64,000 nucleotides of DNA from Candidatus Hydrogenedentota bacterium (lineage in GTDB: Bacteria > Hydrogenedentota > Hydrogenedentia > Hydrogenedentales > SLHB01): contig CAVUWV010000034.1 of assembly GCA_963745075.1 (NCBI GenBank), forward strand, positions 65,227 through 129,226. The letters are read 5' to 3'. The notes under the pieces were generated by a model. That model was not told the origin of the DNA. It ran no database searches and saw nothing but the letters and a program-made list of their open reading frames with translations. A program made the position numbers and the translations under genes. This document shows positions 58,852 to 64,000 of this stretch, one piece after another; the first letter of the stretch is position 1, and every line of letters starts with the position of its first letter.

Positions 58852-61199
58852 ATGCTATTCCGCTTAATACTCGCTGCTCTTTCAGCATTGGTTCTTGCGC
58901 ATGCGGACAGTATTCTGAACCAACCTTTCCCCCAAGAGGCCCGAACCAGCTATGCCTTTGGCGCCGGATTGCCTGGCAATACCCTGCCGGACGGTTCCAA
59001 GTTAGCGGACGTAACCAGCATCGAGCTAACAGATGACGGGCGCGTGGTCGCGGCAGCGATTTCGACGATGCAGAACATCGAGCTGCTCGAGTTCGACGGA
59101 CAGACGTGGCGCTGGTTGAGGCCGTTCTTTGACCACGTGTCCGATTCGCAATTCCACGGCTTCGTTGCCAGCACCTCGGGCAGAGCGTACCGCTCGGACG
59201 ACAATCAAACGTTGGAAGCGAATCGCATCGTCGACGGTTCTCGCGGGCCGGACGGGATGAAGGTCATCGCGACTGCGTCAAAGATCTGGGAGGATACCCA
59301 GCGGAAGCGGCGCGTGGCGTTTGAGTCCCGGCGAGCTCATCCTGTCCGTCGCAGCGGGGCCCGAATCGTGCCATCGCCGTAGGGACTGTCAATGCGCTTT
59401 ACCTGCGCTCCGGCGCCAAGGGGTGAATTCAAACCCTTATACCCGGTCGGACGCCAAGTACTCGTGGAATCCCGCGTAACGTGAGTGCGGTGGCCTTCGA
59501 TTCGAAGGGCCGGCTGTGGTTCGGATGCGACTTGGGTGTGGGCATGCTCGACGGCGACACTTGGCATCTGTACACGGGCGATGAAGGACTGCCCTACGAT
59601 CATTTCACGTGCGCCACGGCGGGTGAAGATGGCGTCATCTGGTTCGGCACGGAATGGGGGGCCATTCGTTTTGACGGAGAGCACTGGTCTTACCGCGCGG
59701 GCCTGCGGTGGTTACCGGACGATTACGTCAACGATATTGCCGTGGAACCGGACGGTACTGCGTGGATTGCGACGCGCGGCGGCATCAGTTGCATTTACCG
59801 TGGCGACATGACGCTGGAATCGAAAGCCGGAATACTTCACGGATCAGGTGGAGACGCGTCACAACCGGGACGGCTACATTACAAACTGGCGCCTGGAACG
59901 GCGGGGCGACGTGACGAGTGCCGTCCCCGGCATTACCGACAACGATGGATTGTACACGTCGTGGTACGGCGCAGCCATGGCGTTCCGGTATGCGGTGACG
60001 AAAGATCCCGACGCCAAGGCTTTCGCGAAACGCAGTTTTGATGCCTGCAAGCGGCTCGTCGATATCGTCCCGGATTCGATGAAAGGGTTTCCCGCGCGTG
60101 TGATCGTCCCCATCGACTGGCCGGAGCCGTTAAACGAGCAGTACAGCGACGAATACAACCGCAAAGCGGCGTGAGACAGACCCGTTCTGGAAACTCATCA
60201 CGCCCCGTTTCGTGACGAGCGAAGACGGCAAGTACCTATGGAAATGCGATACGAGTTCGGATGAACTCGCCGGGCCACTACTTCTTCTACGGCATCTACT
60301 ATGACCTCGTTGCGGAAACCGAAGAAGAGAAAGCCCCGGTGCGCGAGGTGGTGCGCGACATTACCGATCATCTCATCCGCAACGGTTTTAATCTCGTCGA
60401 CCATGACGGCAAACCCACGCGATGGGGGCGGTTCGGCCCCGATTTCCTGGACAGCGAGGACGGGTGGCCGCAGCGCGGTCTGAATTCGCTCATGATGCTG
60501 GGTATGCTGGCGGTGGCGGACCACGTGACCGGCGATCCGAAGTATGCCGACACGGCAAAGATGCTGCGCGACAAATACCATTACCACATCAACATGATGA
60601 TCCCACGCCCAACATTTCCCCCGGCCAACGTGGTGCCGTGGGACAACAATCTCGGACTGCTTTGCTTTTATCCGCTCATGCAGTATGAGAACGACCCGGA
60701 ATTGCTGCTGCTGTACCGCCAGAGTCTGGAGGATTTTTGGCAATTCATCAGCCGTCAGAAGAATCCGTTCTGGAATTTCACTTACGGCGCCGGGGCGCAG
60801 CGATTCGCCGAACTGGCGAAGCAGAATTATTTTGAGGGCGCGTTCCCCAAATCCGGACCGTACGCCGCGCTCTACACGAAACAGTTCACGACCTTCGACT
60901 GCGCCGTCGAAGACAGTCTCGATACGCTCCGTCATATGCCGCTCGAGCTCATCGGCTGGGAGATGAAGAACAGTCAGCGACTCGACGTGGAATTCGACCA
61001 GACGCCGACCCAGGAGCCCGACGTCGGCTGGTCCAAGGTCGATCGCAAAGCGCTGCCCATCGAGGAACGCAGCCACGTCCGGCAGGACCGCGACGGCTTC
61101 AAACTCGACGCCAAAGAGGACGACGGGTGGTCCGAGCACGAAGGCACGTTCTACCTCTTGCCCTACTACATGGGCCGATACCATGGATTCATCGAGTGA
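58852..61199 (+). CDS. Large secreted protein (regulator-type beta-propeller plus helical domain), multiply frameshifted
   Basis: Signal peptide; VAFDSKGRLWFG, EGLPYD, WLPDDYVNDI, TDNDGLYT, WKCDTSSDEL, G.FYLLPYYMGRYHG distributed across frames. Confidence 0.65.
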
Positions 61200-61258
61200 A
61201 TTTGGCAAAACGGATCACGTGTACGTCATTTCCATACCGTCCATCCTGTGAACCAGCA

Positions 61259-61896
61259 ATGATCGACGGTTCAACACTGTTCCTCTTCATTGGCGCATCT
61301 GTGATCTTGACCCTCGCGCCGGGGCCGGACATCATCTTTCTCATTACCCAAGGCGTGAGCCGGGGACGCCGGGCTGGAATCTTCACGGCCATGGGACTCG
61401 CCAGCGGGTGTTTGGTGCATACAACCGCCGCGGCGCTGGGCGTGTCCGTCATCTTCCGGACTTCCGTGGTTGCCTTCCACGGGCTCAAGGTTGCGGGTGT
61501 GATTTATTTGCTGTATCTGGCGGTGAAAACCGTTCGCGTAAAGTCGTCCGGTCCGAATACCGAATGCCCCGCCATCCGATTCTGCATTCCGAAGGCCGAG
61601 CCCTCTACCGGCGGGGCGTCCTGATGAATCTGCTAAACCCGAAGGTGGCCCTCTTCTTTCTGGCCTTCCTGCCGCAATTTGCGTCGCCGGATCGCGGGCC
61701 CGTATGGGTGCAAATGTTGCTGCTCGGCGTCGTATTCACCGCGCAGGTGGTGGTCGTGTTCGGCGCGATTGGAGTTTTTGCGGGACAGGTGAGCCGATGG
61801 TTGCGCGCGGGGCCGTTGGGCCGCATGGAGCGGCGCATGAAATGGGTCGTGGCGGCCGTCTACGTCGCAATCGCGTTCCGGCTGGCATGGCCGTGA
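61259..61896 (+). CDS. LysE/RhtB translocator (frameshift around 61540-61600)
   Basis: LTLAPGPD, GRRAG, G.IYLLYL, then NLLNPKVALFFLAFLPQF in another frame. Confidence 0.88.
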
Positions 61897-62000
61897 AGTG
61901 TGCGAATTGGTCCACGCGTGAAATGGAATTGGCTCTTTCGCGAATAGAGCACCGTGAAGTACACTCATGTGGTTGTGAAAATATTCGCGGAGCGAGTCGA

Positions 62001-62785
62001 ATGCGAAGCACACTGATCGCTGGTCTGATGTTCATGGGAATTCGTGAGTTATGTGGCCCTATCACAATCGCCAGGCAGATGCGGCTCCGACCGAACGGCC
62101 AACGATACTGGTCGAGCTGTTCACCAGCGAAGGGTGCTCCAGTTGCCCGCCCGCAGACGCGCTCCTGGCGACGCTGGCGCAGCCCGGGCCTGACGACCGC
62201 TGCACGGTGGTTCCCCTCGAGTTCCACGTCGACTACTGGAACGATTTGGGCTGGAAGGACCCCTTCTCGAAACCCACCTACACGCAACGGCAATATGCTT
62301 ACGGAGCATTGGAAGGCACGAACCGCGTCTACACGCCGCAGATGGTCGTCGACGGTACGAACGCATTTGTGGGGAGCAATCGGCATCTTGCGCAGAAGGC
62401 GATTCGCGATGCGGCGTCCAAGCCGAAGGCGTCGCTTGATGTGACCAACGTGGCGGTGGAGGGCGAGTCTGTGTCGTTCCGGCTTGCGGGGCGAGGATTG
62501 ACGGCAGGCGAGTCGCCCCCTGACGTTCTCATCGCAATAACGGAAGATGGTCTGCAAACGGATGTGCCGCGCGGCGAAAACGCCGGGACGACGCTGCGCC
62601 ACACGGGGGTTGTCCGCACGTTTAAGAAGATTGGCGTCGCCCGGGCGGACGGTTCCTTTCAATACGACGTTAAGCTGCCGCTCGAACACAGTTGGCATCG
62701 GCGGCAACTTCACATTGCGTCCTTCGTCCAGGATCCCCGGAACGGTTGCGTTCTGGCCGTAGTGAGCGTTCCTTTGGCGCAGTAG
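62001..62785 (+). CDS. DUF1223 thioredoxin-like secreted protein (5' end frameshifted)
   Basis: VELFTSEGCSSCPPAD, FHVDYW..GWKDPF, YTPQMVV, RGENAG. Signal-like start at 62001 with GGAG SD. Confidence 0.85.
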
Positions 62786-62908
62786 CCTCGCCCGCACGGC
62801 GAACCCGGTTGCAGTCATTTCTGATACCGTGGCTTGAAATGCGGCATCTTTCTCAATCACCATCAGGTCGTGGTCTCCAACATACGGCAATTCGAGAGCA
62901 GTCCCCTC

Positions 62909-64000
62909 ATGACGGGTCGACGACGCTACGTTTCGATCCTCTTTTCTTTGTGCGTTTTCGCCTTCGTAAATATGGCCGGTGCCGCACAAGATTACGCGCC
63001 CATCGACATCTCGGGATTTGGCGACAGCATCCACCATTGGCAGGGGGCGTATGGCCGGGATCGCAACGATCCGCGCTACACGCCGAATCAAATCGTCGAG
63101 ATCGCGGACAACCTGCTCGCGTATCAGCACGAGGACGGTGGTTGGCCCAAAAACATCGATTGGCTGGCTGTTGTGGAGCCGTCCGTGGTGCGGAGCGTGA
63201 TCGGGGACAACTACGACCAAAGCACGTTCGACAACCGCAACACGTATACGCAGATCGATTACCTGGCGAAGGTCTATGTGGCGACCGGGCTAGAGCGGTA
63301 CCGGGAAGCGGTGTGCCGGGGTCTGGATTACGTTCTTGCCGAACAGCGTCCCAGTGGCGGTTGGCGCGGGTGGGACGTTGATGCCATCACGTACAACGAT
63401 GACGTCATGACGGGCGTGATGGAACTCTTACTGGAAATCCGCGACGGTGCACCACAGTTTGCCTGGCTGGATGATGCCCGCCGTACCCGGTTGTCGCGCG
63501 CGCTTGACCGAGCTATTGCGGTTACGATCGCGTGCCAGATCGAGGTTAACGGAAAGAAGACCGGGTGGTGCCAGCAGCACGACCACGTGACCCTCGAACC
63601 GGTCAAGGCACGCAGCTACGAACTGCCGTCGATTGGCGGATCGGAGACGGTGTCGGTGGTGTACTTCCTCATGAGCCTTCCGAGTCCAACGCCCGACGTT
63701 ATGGAGGCAGTCGACGCTGCCGTTGCCTGGTTAGATGCAGCGCGTATCGAGGGAATACGGATCGAGCGATTCGAAATTACGCCACAGCGGTTCAAGTCCT
63801 ACACCGCCACGCACGACGTGCGCGTGGTCGAAGATCCGCACGCTCCGACACTTTGGGCGCGGTATTACGATCTCGAAACTGGGCAGCCCTTCTTCTGTAA
63901 CCGCGACGGCAGGAAGGTCTACACGCTTGCTGAAGTCGATCTCGAACGACGCGTCGGCTATGCCTGGTACGGCGCATGGGCGACAAAACTACTGGCTAAG
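62909..64000 (+). CDS. pelA: Pectate lyase, PL10 family, 3' partial
   Basis: Own translation: signal peptide, YQHEDGGWPKN, STFDN, ITYNDD, WCQQHD, ARSYELP, WARYY, ERRVGYAWYG. Runs off the window. Confidence 0.92.
   Translation, partial: MTGRRRYVSILFSLCVFAFVNMAGAAQDYAPIDISGFGDSIHHWQGAYGRDRNDPRYTPNQIVEIADNLLAYQHEDGGWPKNIDWLAVVEPSVVRSVIGDNYDQSTFDNRNTYTQIDYLAKVYVATGLERYREAVCRGLDYVLAEQRPSGGWRGWDVDAITYNDDVMTGVMELLLEIRDGAPQFAWLDDARRTRLSRALDRAIAVTIACQIEVNGKKTGWCQQHDHVTLEPVKARSYELPSIGGSETVSVVYFLMSLPSPTPDVMEAVDAAVAWLDAARIEGIRIERFEITPQRFKSYTATHDVRVVEDPHAPTLWARYYDLETGQPFFCNRDGRKVYTLAEVDLERRVGYAWYGAWATKLLAK

Overview
GC-rich bacterial chromosomal window of about 50 genes. No rRNA, tRNA, CRISPR array, IS element or prophage was recognised. 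The gene style (DUF1559/H-X9-DG modules, TM-extended ECF sigma, many exported sugar enzymes, REP and short tandem repeats) suggests a Hydrogenedentota/PVC-like organism, which is inference only. Contents: an exported carbohydrate-enzyme cluster (GH95-like, Tat aldo/keto reductase, lactonase), an ECF/anti-sigma pair, a Ser/Thr kinase, rlmB, an MsbA-like ABC transporter, a PA0069 radical SAM, EmrAB, a sigma54-type Hsp20 pair, a PadR-HAAS locus, alpha-2-macroglobulin with pbpC, an MNT-HEPN toxin-antitoxin pair and a PL10 pectate lyase. At least seven genes carry frameshifts that look like long-read indel errors. The most interesting signal is a pilin-like DUF1559/H-X9-DG module lacking its prepilin cleavage site. 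It forms the extracytoplasmic part of two unrelated membrane signalling proteins: an anti-sigma factor that also carries a GspC-like domain, and one of two HAAS proteins in a duplicated PadR cassette. All family calls come from motif recognition, not database searches.
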